Positions 49,938 to 62,184 of a DNA stretch of 64,000 nt are shown here, one piece after another. The stretch spans positions 29,646,902 to 29,710,901 of the forward strand of contig NC_068991.1 in the NCBI RefSeq assembly GCF_001194135.2, written 5' to 3'. Source of the DNA: Octopus bimaculoides. Its lineage: Eukaryota. The notes beneath the pieces were generated by a model that saw only the letters and a program-made list of their open reading frames with translations, had not been told where the DNA came from and did no database searches. The translations under genes and the position numbers were made by a program. Numbering within the stretch: the stretch's first letter is position 1; each line of letters starts with the position of its first letter.

Positions 49938-50466
49938 NNNNNNNNNNNNNNNNNNNNNNNNNNNNNNNNNNNNNNNNNNNNNNNNNNNNNNNNNNNNNNN
50001 NNNNNNNNNNNNNNNNNNNNNNNNNNNNNNNNNNNNNNNNNNNNNNNNNNNNNNNNNNNNNNNNNNNNNNNNNNNNNNNNNNNNNNNNNNNNNNNNNNNN
50101 NNNNNNNNNNNNNNNNNNNNNNNNNNNNNNNNNNNNNNNNNNNNNNNNNNNNNNNNNNNNNNNNNNNNNNNNNNNNNNNNNNNNNNNNNNNNNNNNNNNN
50201 NNNNNNNNNNNNNNNNNNNNNNNNNNNNNNNNNNNNNNNNNNNNNNNNNNNNNNNNNNNNNNNNNNNNNNNNNNNNNNNNNNNNNNNNNNNNNNNNNNNN
50301 NNNNNNNNNNNNNNNNNNNNNNNNNNNNNNNNNNNNNNNNNNNNNNNNNNNNNNNNNNNNNNNNNNNNNNNNNNNNNNNNNNNNNNNNNNNNNNNNNNNN
50401 NNNNNNNNNNNNNNNNNNNNNNNNNNNNNNNNNNNNNNNNNNNNNNNNNNNNNNNNNNNNNNNNNN

Positions 50467-50497
<31 letters not shown>

Positions 50498-51634
50498 GCT
50501 TAAAAGAATGTAAAGAAATATCAGGTAAAAAAATATTAATCATTGCAAAATGTTAATATAATTATTTGAAAAGATATAGAAACAACTTTGGCCATATTTT
50601 AGTCTTATTTTGATCTCATTGATAAATTATAAACGTCACAATACTTGCCGAAGCAGTGAGATTTGAGAATGTACTGCAATGTACAATGGTCGATATAGAA
50701 AACGTGAAACATTAGGAAAATAAGTTATTCAGTTATGCAATTTATGTGAAAAATACCGTAGTTACATTAATATTAACCTGTTAAATGTGGCTTAGTTTAG
50801 AAACTAATCATAAATAATTAAGTGAAAATGTCAATATTTCTATCTATCAAATATTATTTTAATTATTTTAAGAAGCATGGGAGATTGCTTACAACATATT
50901 TTGGTTCTATGATGACCTCATTAGCAAAACATAGATTTCAATATAGTTGTCGACATGTGATTCATTAAACAAATATACAACACAGTAATCTGGTTAATCA
51001 AGGAACTGTTTGCTTGATAAACATTTTATTGTTTGTTTATTCATTTATTTATTATTTAGTTCTAGTTTGATGAGGAAGAAAGAATGAATTTATCTGCAAA
51101 CTGGTGTCGTTGCCTAAATGCTTACAACATAGTGGACTCTTCTAAAGTACTCCAGATGATGGATTATTTTGCCTCCACATGACCGCAGCTTTTAAGCTGA
51201 AACAATTTAAAGAATTAAAGAATAATTGAGGCAGTTAAGATTTAAAATCTGGAACGGCTTCGAGTAAAGATTCACTTAGTTAAAAATAACATGACTCTAA
51301 ACAAGAAAAACAACAACCACATCATCAACAATGAATATTACTTATGTAAAATGTTTATGATAATGTAATGTAATAATACTGCCATATATTGATGTAATAT
51401 AAAACATCTAGTGTTTGTATAATTGTAATTATACAAACACTAGATGTGATAACTATTTCAGTGGGGAGTAAGGTAATGCAAATTGATAGACTTTGTTTTC
51501 GTTTTTGTTGTTGTTATAGCTACTGTTTAGTCTCAGGTCGGATATTGTTTAATATGATCTCAGTTATGATGATAAGGTGCGATTTGAGTCCAGCTTTTGA
51601 CACTGCTTCTAACAAGTCGTGTGACCACAAGGGG

Positions 51635-51690
51635 CGACTCCATCGTCGTCTCGACTCCATCGTCGTCTCGACTCCATCGTCGTCTCGACT
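51635..51690. repeat. 17-bp tandem repeat (cgactccatcgtcgtct), 3.3 copies
   Basis: Directly visible, perfect units. Confidence 0.95.
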
Positions 51691-52224
51691 TCATATCTGC
51701 GATGAATATTTTAATTTCTTTATCAATTAATTCGTATCTTATGATAATTGATACATCTCATCAACATCACCCCAGGGGTTCGCAATGTCCGAGTATAGAT
51801 TTGGCTTGAGGATTACATGTAAATGAAACGAAAGACGTGTGTTTCCCGAGGACAGGGTGCCAATATATTGCCACTAACATTTCCACACGATTTGATATTT
51901 ATTTCTGACAGCTGAGATGAAGTGAGGCACAACGAGAGCGCCTGCCATGGCAGTGAACTACAGAACTAGGTGCTTGTAATCAAATACCTTTAGCTACTCC
52001 ATCATGTAACACTTTTGCTTTTAACGGACAATCATATGAAAATATAATGTATGGTTGTTGATTGTTAATGAGAGATAAAAACATGGAAGAACACTGCCGA
52101 ATTTATGGAATCAATAAATTGTTAATTATCTTAATTTGTTTGTAATGGCATATTGTTTTATTTTGTCTTTTTTCAAAAAATTAATATTATTGTTACTATA
52201 GGACAGCAACTAGCTAGAACTATT

Positions 52225-52560
52225 AGAAGGCCTGAAAAACTGCTTTATCTTCTCCAACATTTTACGCTCTGAGTTCAAATCTCACTTGGTCAAGTTTACC
52301 TTTTATCGGAATCAGCAAAATAGTGTACCATTATGTATGGGTTCATTGATATCGAGTAACCCCTTCCCTCAAAACTGATGTCCTTAAGGCGGGGAGACAG
52401 AAATAATGTTTAATGGCATTTCTTCTGGCTCCTTGCGTTCTGAGTCAGCTTTGAGGTCATCTTTCATCCTTAAGGGATAGGCAAAATAAGTACCAGTTGA
52501 GCACTAGAATCGATGTAATCGACTTCCTTCTTCCCTAAAAATGTCTGGCCTTGTACATTT
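52225..52560 (+). mobile_element. Two degenerate SINE family B copies
   Basis: gagttcaaatctc...tttaccttttatcgg and gaggtcatctttcatccttaagg...ataagtaccagttgagcact..atcgatgtaatcgact. Confidence 0.55.
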
Positions 52561-53737
52561 TTTTGTTTCGTTGTGCATACACAAGTGCATATAAATATAT
52601 TAATTTTTCGTGATATTTTGACTCGATTTAGGCAGGATTTGAAATCAGAACTAAAGGGACGTAGCAAAATGTTACAAGGGATTTCCTCCACTGTCTTAAC
52701 TATGCTACTAATCCATCATCGTTTTGTCAGTCTATTTGCCAGTCTACACGATATCTGTTACAGAAACACAACGATACATATAAGCGTTTGGCGTGCTTTA
52801 CATCCTCACAAAATTGAGTGATCATAGTCTTTGTCATTGATTTACTTATATTATCTCCTTTACCTCGAATTTTATTCTCTGCTGTCCAGATAGTTGTTTG
52901 CCACAAAAGTATTCATAAGCATTTCTGTATACATTAGCATATGTTTACTGGTACAGCGGGCCTGTATTATCTCTGCTTCGTTGACATCGTCCAGTAAAGG
53001 CGAAACGTGTTATTTTCTCGTTAACAAATATAAGATTTTCTCTTCAATATGGTTATTAAATTACTTTTAATTAGTTCTTCATTTATTAAAACGATTTCCT
53101 CTTTACATACTACCATATGTATTTCTGCATGAGTGTATATATGTATAGAAAAGGGATAGAAGAAAGTAGTAAAAAGAGATAAAAACCACGAGAGAAGCAG
53201 AAGCAATAGTGGGCATAATGCAATAACAGAGAGATGGAGAGATAGTAGAATGTGGTGATGTGTGAGGCGTTGATTGCATTTTTCTGCGTAATATTTTCGA
53301 GTATAATATTACAGCGCTTTAATCGGCAAGTGAACGGGTCAAATTTATTGTCTGTTATGACTCTAACATCTGGACTGTACGGCTATTTGCAGATATGAAA
53401 ACCCCAGAGAAGAGACTGAAAATAGAATATTAAAAATGTAGTGATATCAAGTTACAGTGTATCATTAGAACGATTAAAAACGAGGAAACAATATTACCGT
53501 GAAACTAACACATTGATAACAGAAATAAAGGAGAGGTGGCTAGTGAAACACACAAACATTTAAACACATGCATACACACACAACCAGCCGCGCATACATG
53601 GAAATTTACATACATACAAGTATGTATGTATGTATGTATGTATGTATGTATGTATGTATATACATATTTATACATATATCTACACATACACGCATGCAGA
53701 GATATATGCATATGTTCATACATACATACATATCTAT

Positions 53738-53799
<62 letters not shown>

Positions 53800-54959
53800 A
53801 TACATATATATACCCACATGCAAATATGCATACACCCAGCATACACGCACAGACACACACGCACACACACACACACACACGCACACACACACAGATGTAT
53901 TGTAAGTTATGGTTAGGACCAGTGCTATCTATACTCCTTAGAGTATTACTTCATTTACTTCATAAAAAAACCCATGTTTGTCGACAAATATCTGAATATG
54001 ACGAGACACTCTACCAAATTCTCAGCTCTCATACTAAGAACAGTATTTTCAGACCTTTGAATTGTCTTATTCTGTACAGGACCTATGAATTTCCGTGTTC
54101 TGAAGTGAAACTAATAATCTAGATTTGTGTAGGTGATTCTTTTTCATAGGAATGTATTTTCCATTTCATACTCTTTTACGATATTTTTTTGCTCGATAAG
54201 TTAAAGCTTCTGACTTATTGCCAGTTTTGTTCGTTGAAATTATAAACAAGGCCAGTGGCTTGTTCAGTCTCACAAAACTGGCTACAATCTGAGGACCAGA
54301 CATATCGAAACACGAGTGTTCCAGAATCATTTGGGCAAGTGAGTTAAGTGTGTTATGAAAGCACTGTCAGAATAAAAGTCAGAAGTTTTTCTCCTTTGAC
54401 TTCTACAATGGCGACTAGCATATTTTTGAGTCTGCCACAACATATTAAAAGTAAATGTACACAAAATCATCTTACCAATATATTCTTGATGCAAGTATTC
54501 GGTAGAAATTTTTACATCTACAACGTTTTATTGGCGACGCTCCACCCAGTCGAAACATATTCGTAAGCACCACTGGTTAACCCACAAATAAGGTACATAT
54601 ATATATATATATCAAAATAAGGTGATTAGAATCAAAATAAGCACTCCTTAACTTCCTGGAGATTTTAAACAAAATTATACTAATGTGTCCATCTGTTTTA
54701 ATTTAATTAAATTCTATGTCTCTGTGCAGCTGAGGATTGCTCTGCATTTAAATTGGTGTAATGGTTGCACTGTTCAATTAAATGGAGTTGCGTGAAACAA
54801 TCGTACTGCATTACCTCTGGATATCCTTGTTGCTTATTTTGGTTTTAATCACCTTATTTTGAAATTGTATGGATAATACCGTACTAAATTCTGGTGCCTC
54901 AACTTAAGTACCATATTCATCTGAATCTAAATTTTTGCTGAACATAAGTTCAGCAAAAA

Positions 54960-55150
54960 TGCGTATATATATATTGATAGAAATGGTAAGACAACAAAAG
55001 AATGAAAGAAACCTCGATATTATGTGTAAATAGAGGAATTTATCTGTAAATATAATATGTGATAACTATTTAGTAGCCATGATAAAACGCCCAGTTTCGG
55101 ATGTCGGGCCGGAAACCCACACCTGCATCTCTTCAGTTATCGGGCCATCA
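54960..55150 (-). mobile_element. Short HHR-bearing repeat, probably Penelope-derived
   Basis: HHR at 55081-55141 followed on the minus strand by an AT-rich tail ending in (TA)n near 54965. Confidence 0.5.
55081..55141 (-). ncRNA. Type I hammerhead, canonical core, one-base offset at the base of stem II
   Basis: GATAA-CTGAAGA-GATG...CATC-c-GAAA-C-tgggc-G-T-T-TTATC; stem I 5 bp; GUU triplet. Confidence 0.5.
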
Positions 55151-55159
55151 AAAATATGC

Positions 55160-55374
55160 TATGAAAATGACCGTTAAACATGATTAATCGTTGGCCACTG
55201 AACCTTTTTTTATTTTCTTTCCCTGTTTATTTCCGTGTTACTTTCTGCCGAAGAGCGTAGGCTCGAAACGTAAAAGACTTTCTCACTTCCCGAGCATTAA
55301 ACTAATACATCTGTTTGTTGTTTACGCATCCGTCTTCGTCTTTTGTTATTTTGTAAATTCTCACTATATATATA
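55160..55374 (+). mobile_element. Family P1 Penelope-derived repeat
   Basis: gccactgaacctttttttattttc...gaagagcgtaggctcgaaacgtaaaagactttctcacttcccgagc...cgtcttcgtc nearly matches the 42.44-42.6 kb copy; ends in (TA)n. Confidence 0.75.
55241..55276 (+). ncRNA. Minimal hammerhead-like motif with variant core CUGCCGA
   Basis: CTTT-CTGCCGA-A-GAGC-gtag-GCTC-GAAA-CG-T-A-AAAG. Confidence 0.5.
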
Positions 55375-55638
55375 CTTGTAATATGAGGATAAAATTTTAT
55401 TAAACATTTTTATCTGTGACCAGCATATGAAAAATACCTTTTAAGGTGAAAATTATCCCCTTATAAAGTAGAGGCCAAAAAAATTCTTCGCCAATATGCT
55501 GAAAAATAGACGCTAAAAATAGACGCTGAAAACTAGACGCTAAATCGTCTAACCACTTAAAATATATCCACTTGTATCATTACACCAATTGCTGAAACGA
55601 GGAAAGCAAGCTAACAGAAATTCATAAAAATATAGTTA

Positions 55639-55700
55639 TCTCCGAATCGGTTCCGATTTCAGGATTAATCCAAAAAGGATTCTTCCTTCATCAGCGAGGA
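55639..55700 (-). ncRNA. Type I hammerhead overlapping the ORF1 stop codon
   Basis: TCG-CTGATGA-AGGAAGAATCC-ttttt-GGATTAATCCT-GAAA-TCGG-aa-CCGA-T-T-CGG; stem II 9 of 11 pairs, stem III 5 bp, AUU triplet, stem I 3 bp plus 2 more after a mismatch. Confidence 0.6.
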
Positions 55701-57356
55701 ATTTTGTTCTTGTTTTTGTGTTTGCTGTTGTTGTTGCTGTTGTTGTTGTTGCTATTGTTGTTGTTGTTGTGCTGGTGCTGGTAGTGGTGGTGTTTGTGGT
55801 TGTGATTGTTGTTGTGGTTGCGTGCGTGGGACGGCTTGTATTTCAGGTGTTAGAGGTGGTGGTGTCGATGCAGTATTTGTTTTGGGTGTATATGTCTTTG
55901 TCGCTTTGAATTTTTCTTTCTATTTCATGTTTGGATGAGGATTGTTGTTTTTCCATGTGCTTTTCCGTTTTGTTTTTCTTTTGTTTTCAACTTCTACTCC
56001 TCATCGCGTTCCAACTCTCCACCTGTGATGTCTACCCGCTTCGCATCGGGATGTAACACATCTTCGGGCGCTGAGAATAGTTTGGGGAAACTTGGTGTCG
56101 GTATGGTTGTTGGTGGTGCCACGACTGAATCTTCTGCTGCTGGTGGTGCTGTTGCTTTTGTCGCTAAAGTTCTGTTGGCCGTTGTTCGTATAGGGAGGAG
56201 AGGTGCTCGTCTCTCTTTTTCCTTCAGTCTAGGGCAGGAGACTTTTAAATGATTAGTTGAAAAGTAATTGTGGCACTTTGCTTTCCTTCCAGCTACCCTG
56301 ACTGGAATTATGCCGCCTCTAGGAAGAAGGGCTCGGTCCAGGATGAGATCCACATTCTTTTGTGTCGTTTGTAAGAGGAGTTTTATGGTCATCCTGGACC
56401 AGTTCTCCTTTGTGGTCTGATAAACTTCGGGGATTTTCGAGTTTTCCTCGATGTTTATCGTCACAGCAGCAATTAGCCAAGGAATGGCTATTTCTGGCAG
56501 CACTTGTTGAATTATGATTTTGGCCAGTCTCTGACCGCAGCAGAAAGGAACTAACAACAACTCCTCGCTTTTGAGGGCATTCAGAGAATAATGCTTGGCT
56601 TCTTCCTCGGTGCGGAATCGAATGTCTGCAATTCCACAGGCCCTTCCTTTCGATTCCAGACAGAACCTAAACCCCCTTTTTTGTATTTGAGCCTCTGTAG
56701 CTCTTTCCACTCTTCTTGATTTTAAATCGAATGTACGGTACTCCACTGTGCGGCGTATCGTATCCTGGTTTGTCTCAGGTAGGAAGTGGGGTAATATAAC
56801 TTTACATTTATTCCGTTTCTCTCTAGCATTTTAAAATTCCTCTTCAGAGAATTGTATTTATCTGAAGAGGTGACTTGGCTACTCCGGCTTAAAAACGTTT
56901 AGAAGAGCTAATCCAAGCCGTTGCCCGGTTTGTGTCGTAGCTCCTTCAGAGGTTTTGTCATTGTTATTGTTACTTTTGTTGTTGTTGTTTCTGCTGCTGC
57001 TGTTGTTGTTGTTGACGCTTCTGTTATTGATGTTGCTGTTGCTGACGCTCGTGCTGCTGATGTTATTGTTGCTGCTGTTGTTCTTGCTATTGTTGTTAGT
57101 TGTACTAAACTCTTCCGTTGCTTCGCTCACGAAAGGGCTCTCATTGTTTATCGTTTCGAAATTGCTGCTTTTATTTTGAACAATATTGTCAAAAACGGAG
57201 CCTTTGCTTTTCCGAAGGTCTTCTAAGAGATCCTTCTCGTAAAAATGGGCTCTGTTGGCCTTTTTGTCCTTTTTTTCGCCAAAAATACAGCTATCGTCTG
57301 TTCCTTTTTTTCAGCCAGAAATCGCTTAGTACGCTCGCACTCTCTCTCATTGACAT
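55665..57356 (-). pseudogene. L1/Tx1-type ORF1 (RRM-like region, zinc knuckle, Pro/Gln-rich C-terminus), several stops and frameshifts
   Basis: Pieces join across frames: MSMRES.., KANRAHFYEKDLLEDLRKSKGSVF..poly-Asn, IADIRFRTEEEAKHY..VRVAGRKAKCHNYFSTNHLKVSCP (C-x2-[C to Y]-x4-H-x4-C), then PEIQAVPRTQPQQQ..KEESFLD*. The main block is the track ORF 55994..56746. Confidence 0.75.
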
Positions 57357-57621
57357 TTGGTGACGCTCCTCACTCTCTCCCCCATTCTCACATATGAGCG
57401 TTACCGTATGTTGCTGTTGTTTCCTCCATGTTGGTGGGGAAATACAAACAACTATGATTGAAAAACAAAATCAATTGAGCTGTCCCCCAAAACTGGGGAA
57501 CGAAACAGGAAAATAAACTCGCCTCTCGACAGCAAATAACTTGTTGTCCACGATAGTGAAGGGTGCAAATACATTATTTTGGTCAAGTGAGGTCAAGCGA
57601 GGCGTGCCAGGCTTACGGCAA

Positions 57622-57775
57622 GAAGCAGAAGAAGAAGAAGAAGAAAAAGAAGAAGAAGAAGAAGAAGAAGAAGAAGAAAAAGAAGAAGAAGAAGAAAAAG
57701 AAGAAGAAGAAGAAGAAGAAGAAGAAGAAGAAGAAGAAGAAGAAGAAGAAGGAGTAGGAGAAGGAGAAGAAGAAT
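57622..57775. repeat. (GAA)n microsatellite
   Basis: Directly visible; source of the poly-Glu, poly-Lys and poly-Phe ORFs. Confidence 0.97.
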
Positions 57776-58869
57776 TGGTAAGCAAATATGTTACGTTTAA
57801 TCAAACAAGCAATGTTAGAATGGTGAAGAAATCACGAAGCAACAAACATGACGGAGAAGTTCAGTGCCGTCGCTGTAGTCGTATTAAAGAAGCCATTTTA
57901 GGTGTTAACAGTAAAGTGACAACATGGAGACACTAATGATCTTGGAGTGAATTGTCGTGAGAATATTATACACAGACATTTATTCATACGCGAGCATATA
58001 GGCAAATAAGTGGAAAGAGAAAGAGAAAAAGGCGGGGAAGATATGGTGGTAAGTATAAAAGAGAGCGAGGGAGAGAAAAAAGAGGAAAAGGTTTTGGACA
58101 CACACACTCACACAAACATGCACACAATGTAAAGAGTGTTTGGAGACTAGGAGGTCAGTAGAGTGGGAAGAGAAAGAGAAAGAGTGGGAGAGAGAGAGAG
58201 ACAGGGAGAGAGAGAGAGAGTGGGAGAGAGAGATAGAGAGAGAAAGAGTGGAGAGAGAGAGAGTGAATTCTAATAGACAAAGAAAATGGAGAAGAGGACG
58301 GGAGAATGGAAGAGCATCTAAGGAAATAAATGAATCTCCGTCGATTTGTACGATGATTATTCAGTTGTTGACGTGATGGCTGAGGTGAGATGGTAAGGGT
58401 AGTGGTGATTGTAATGATGATGTTGACGTTGGTGGTGTGTAGTAGCAGTAGTTACCATGAATATGATCATAGTAACTGTGGTGGTATTATATTGATGTGG
58501 CTGTAATTATATTGATGAAGATGGTTGCGTTAGTGCTGGTGGTGGCGGTAATAGTGGTTGTGAAGACGCTGGTGGAGAAAACAATAGTGATGATAGACAT
58601 GGGAGCGGGTGATGGCAGTGGAGGTAGTAGTGGTGGTTGTAGTGGTGGTGAAGGTGATGCGTGTGTAGTGAGACCTGTGATAGTGTGTGTGTGTGTGTGT
58701 GTGTTTGTGTGTGCGTGCGTGCGTGTGCTTGNNNNNNNNNNNNNNNNNNNNNNNNNNNNNNNNNNNNNNNNNNNNNNNNNNNNNNNNNNNNGTCGGTAGT
58801 GTGTACGTGTATGTCTGTTAGAGCGGCAGGTAACACGGTAAATGAAAGAAAGCTGGGAATAATAACAAT

Positions 58870-59090
58870 AAAATGCAAATCGGGACTACCGGAAGTGATC
58901 TCAACTAAGATGGCAGCCACGACACAGACTAGGGTTTCAAGGGGGGAAATTTCAATTAAGAAGAAACTTGTGTCCGTCATTCTGTCCATCTGCATCGGAC
59001 TGTTTGGTAGATTTGGATCGGGACTCACACCGTCTTTAATTGTGCGCATGCGTGCACACATGCGTAGTGTCTGCGCATGCGGGTGCTCAT
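58870..59090 (+). promoter_or_regulatory. Promoter-like motif cluster
   Basis: ATGCAAAT (58873), CCGGAAGTG (58889), AAGATGGC (58907) and TGCGCATGCG twice (59043, 59072) match the octamer, ETS, YY1 and NRF1 consensus motifs within about 200 bp. Confidence 0.35.
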
Positions 59091-60741
59091 GAGTGCTTTA
59101 TGTCTCACCCTCTTTTATTGTGATTGAGTGTCTGCATGTGTATGTGTGTGGAAGTTGTGTGTGTATATGTGGTTGTGTGTGCATACGTATACATGTATGC
59201 AGGTTTTTGTGCATGTTAGTATGTATGTGAGGTGAGTGTTTTATATTTAATATATATATGTTCGTTCGTATGTGTATGTTTGTTTATGAGTGAGTTTGCT
59301 CGGGTGCGCATATGATTGTGTGTGCATGTGTGTGAGTGAGTGCTTTCTTTGTCGCAAGCTGTGTTTGTCCTTTATGTTTACATATGAGTGTTTTGTATGC
59401 CTTAGTCTCAGTTTATATGTGTATGTGTCAGCGTCTTCACGTGTGTGTGTATCTTTGCGTGTGAATGTATGTGTGTGTGAGTACTTGTATCTTAAACTAT
59501 GTTTATATGTGTGCGTATGTCTGTGTTCTATCTGTGTCACTCTGTGTTTTCTGTATATATGTGTGTGTATTAGTGCCTGTGCATGCTTGTGTGTATGAAT
59601 GTGTTTGTATTCGTGTGTGCATGAGAGTGCTTTTCGTCTCAGCATATATTAACGTTTGTGGGTTCTCTAAGCACTATTACTGATACACATTATTCGTCAG
59701 AAAAACATTTTAAAAAGCGATATTAACATAAAATATTTAAAAAGTTCATATTTACATGTTTATCTCTGATTGGTCTCAGAAGTAAATCTATAACCCGAAA
59801 CAAGAGAATGTACATACTAAATACATTATAAAATAATAAAATTACGTAATACAATATAATAATATAATATATGTGAAATATACAATATGAATTATTGTAA
59901 CGTAATGTACTGTAAATATAATATAAAATAATATGTAAAATGTTATAATATATGTGATATATGATATAATAAATTATAATATAATAAAATCTAACATAAT
60001 AAAGTGTTTTGTAATATTATATATTGTAGTATAATATAAGTAGAATGTTACCCTCGTATATGAATTTTAACTCTAGAAGTATACTTTTGCAGTGAAGCAC
60101 CAGAAAATATGGCACACATGCAATAATTACAATTCAGTTTACTTGTACAAAATTAGAAAAGGAATAGTAAATTTCAAAAACAAAATGAAACAAAACATGT
60201 ATATTTATATGTATATTTATTTCATTAAAATAAAATAAAATAAAACAAATTTCTCATTTGCATAATTCCTGCCATAACTACTCTCTCATTTACTTTCTGT
60301 CCTCCTCCTCTGCTTCCTCTGTTTCTATATTTCTTCCTCTGTCATAGCTTGCGCGGAGTTCTTTTACTCATAACCTGCCACCAAGCTTAGTATGTGCACT
60401 CATCTTCCACAACTCATGCTAACCCAGTATTTCCCTTTTACTCTCTCACACCTTCTTCCTGCACGAAATAAAGCGTGACTGGAAAAATCAACCAATGAAC
60501 CAATGAAAATTTATGTTAGCTATTATATGATTTGATATAACATAATATAATATATTCACGCGAAACAACCTTAGATTAAAATACCGGTGTGTTTAATAGT
60601 ATAAATTGTATACAACCATAGCACTGTAACATTTTGTCTCAAAGAAACATATCAAACTTATGTGTTAAAAAACACAGTTCTTTACTCTTAACGCCGGTGA
60701 CTCATCAAACACGGTGTTTCGACTTGATTTCGTGCCTTCAG

Positions 60742-60801
60742 TGATGGATATCATAAACGTGCTGAGCTAAACCCAAAATATTTGTACCAATATAGAAATC
60801 G
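60742..60801 (+). CDS. Weak candidate 60-bp exon
   Basis: Acceptor ttgatttcgtgccttcag and donor cg|gtaaag; product not recognised. Confidence 0.25.
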
Positions 60802-61559
60802 GTAAAGAAAACCTTTACTAATTCGTGCGAAACCTACCTAGGCTAGAAGCAAATTAATATATACTCTTGATACAACATTAGATTAAGATATTTGTATATA
60901 TAGCATTTATATTGGCGATCCACCTGCGTTCTCAGCGATGCTCTTTTATATTAACATATTTCTTTGAGAAGTCTCTCCGAGACAAAATATAACAGCTGGC
61001 GCCGTTTCATGTTCGTATACACAATATAAATGCTGTATTAATTATTATCAAAATATAAAGCAATATAATACAGTGTTGTGTACTGTAATGTAATAATATT
61101 TTCATTGTAATTCCTGCGTCAGAGACAATACACAGAGTTGATATACAGTTAATTAGATATCATGTGACCTGAAATTTCTACATAATTCAATAGTGATTGT
61201 TCGATAGAATACCCGAGCACCACCGGGTATCTCTGGTATTATAATATAAAATAAAATGATATAATATAATATAATACAACATATATAATATAATATGAAA
61301 TAATATAATATAATATAATATAATATAATATAATATAATTAATTGCGTCAATGGAATTGCGGCAGATGTACTTCCGGTAGATGCTATATAGGAACGGTGC
61401 CAGGCTATCACCCTATAAAACACCTGAAGTGATATCGTCAAAATCAGTGTTTCTGGCAGGTGATCATATTTGCGTGTTTGTGCTCTTGTAGTTCTTGTAG
61501 AACACTGCTCCCCTCCTCCTCCTCCTACTACTACTACTACTACTACTATTTCGTCGTGG

Positions 61560-61700
61560 TAATTGACCAACTCAAAGCAGTCGGCAACAACGTGAAATGA
61601 AATGTTTTGCTCAAGTACACAACGCACAGTCCGTCTAGGAATCGAAACCACAATCTCGCGATCGTGAGTACAACACCCTAACCAGAGACTACGCGCCTTC
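61560..61700 (-). mobile_element. SINE family C (tRNA head plus CORE-like segment)
   Basis: Minus strand tggttagggtgttgtactcacgatcgcgagattgtggtttcgattcc (A/B-box-like)...gtacttgagcaaaacatttcatttcacgttg. Confidence 0.7.
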
Positions 61701-62111
61701 ACTACTACTACTACTACTACTACTACTAGAGATATATTGTAAGAAGAATTAACACATTTTGCCAAGAATTGAAACAATCTAGGGATTCTAAGAACAGTAA
61801 AGGTTGCTTTCAGATTTTTGCTCTGACACTCATAGACGTATCTGATTTTTAAACTATATCCTATATTTTTAATAGTGGGTAGCGGTAACTGCCCATAGCA
61901 ATATCCATGCTTCGTTGGAAGCCCTTGCGTTTTAGAGTAACCAAGCCTCTCAGCAATGAACGAATCTCCTATAATTTCTATATTCTCTCCAACATCGTAG
62001 GGTGTCTCATGATAAACATTCTCAGTCCTAAGCCAATAAATTCTCAGCAAGTTGTTGATAGATATTAATATATATAATCACGCTTATGTATACATCTGTG
62101 TGTTTGCATAC

Positions 62112-62184
<73 letters not shown>

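Larger units (their letters stand above)
55375..57400 (-). mobile_element. L1/Tx1-like non-LTR element with ORF1 only (no ORF2 before the polyA signal)
   Basis: Disrupted ORF1 followed by about 290 bp of AT-rich 3' sequence, AATAAA at 55401-55396, then the junction with (TA)n. Confidence 0.65.

Noticed and set aside
54287-54325. CTGAGGA...GAAA with a CAC/GTG hairpin
   Set aside because: Neither stem I nor stem II pairs; chance core match.
56839-56870. 10-bp perfect hairpin cctcttcaga/tctgaagagg containing CTGAAGA on both strands
   Set aside because: No stem II plus GAAA plus NUH arrangement on either strand; it lies within ORF1 coding remnants.
40870-60760. PLCDGYH formed by joining candidate exons, resembling the CDGSH iron-sulfur motif
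   Set aside because: The upstream C-x-C ligands are absent and the exon join itself is unverified.
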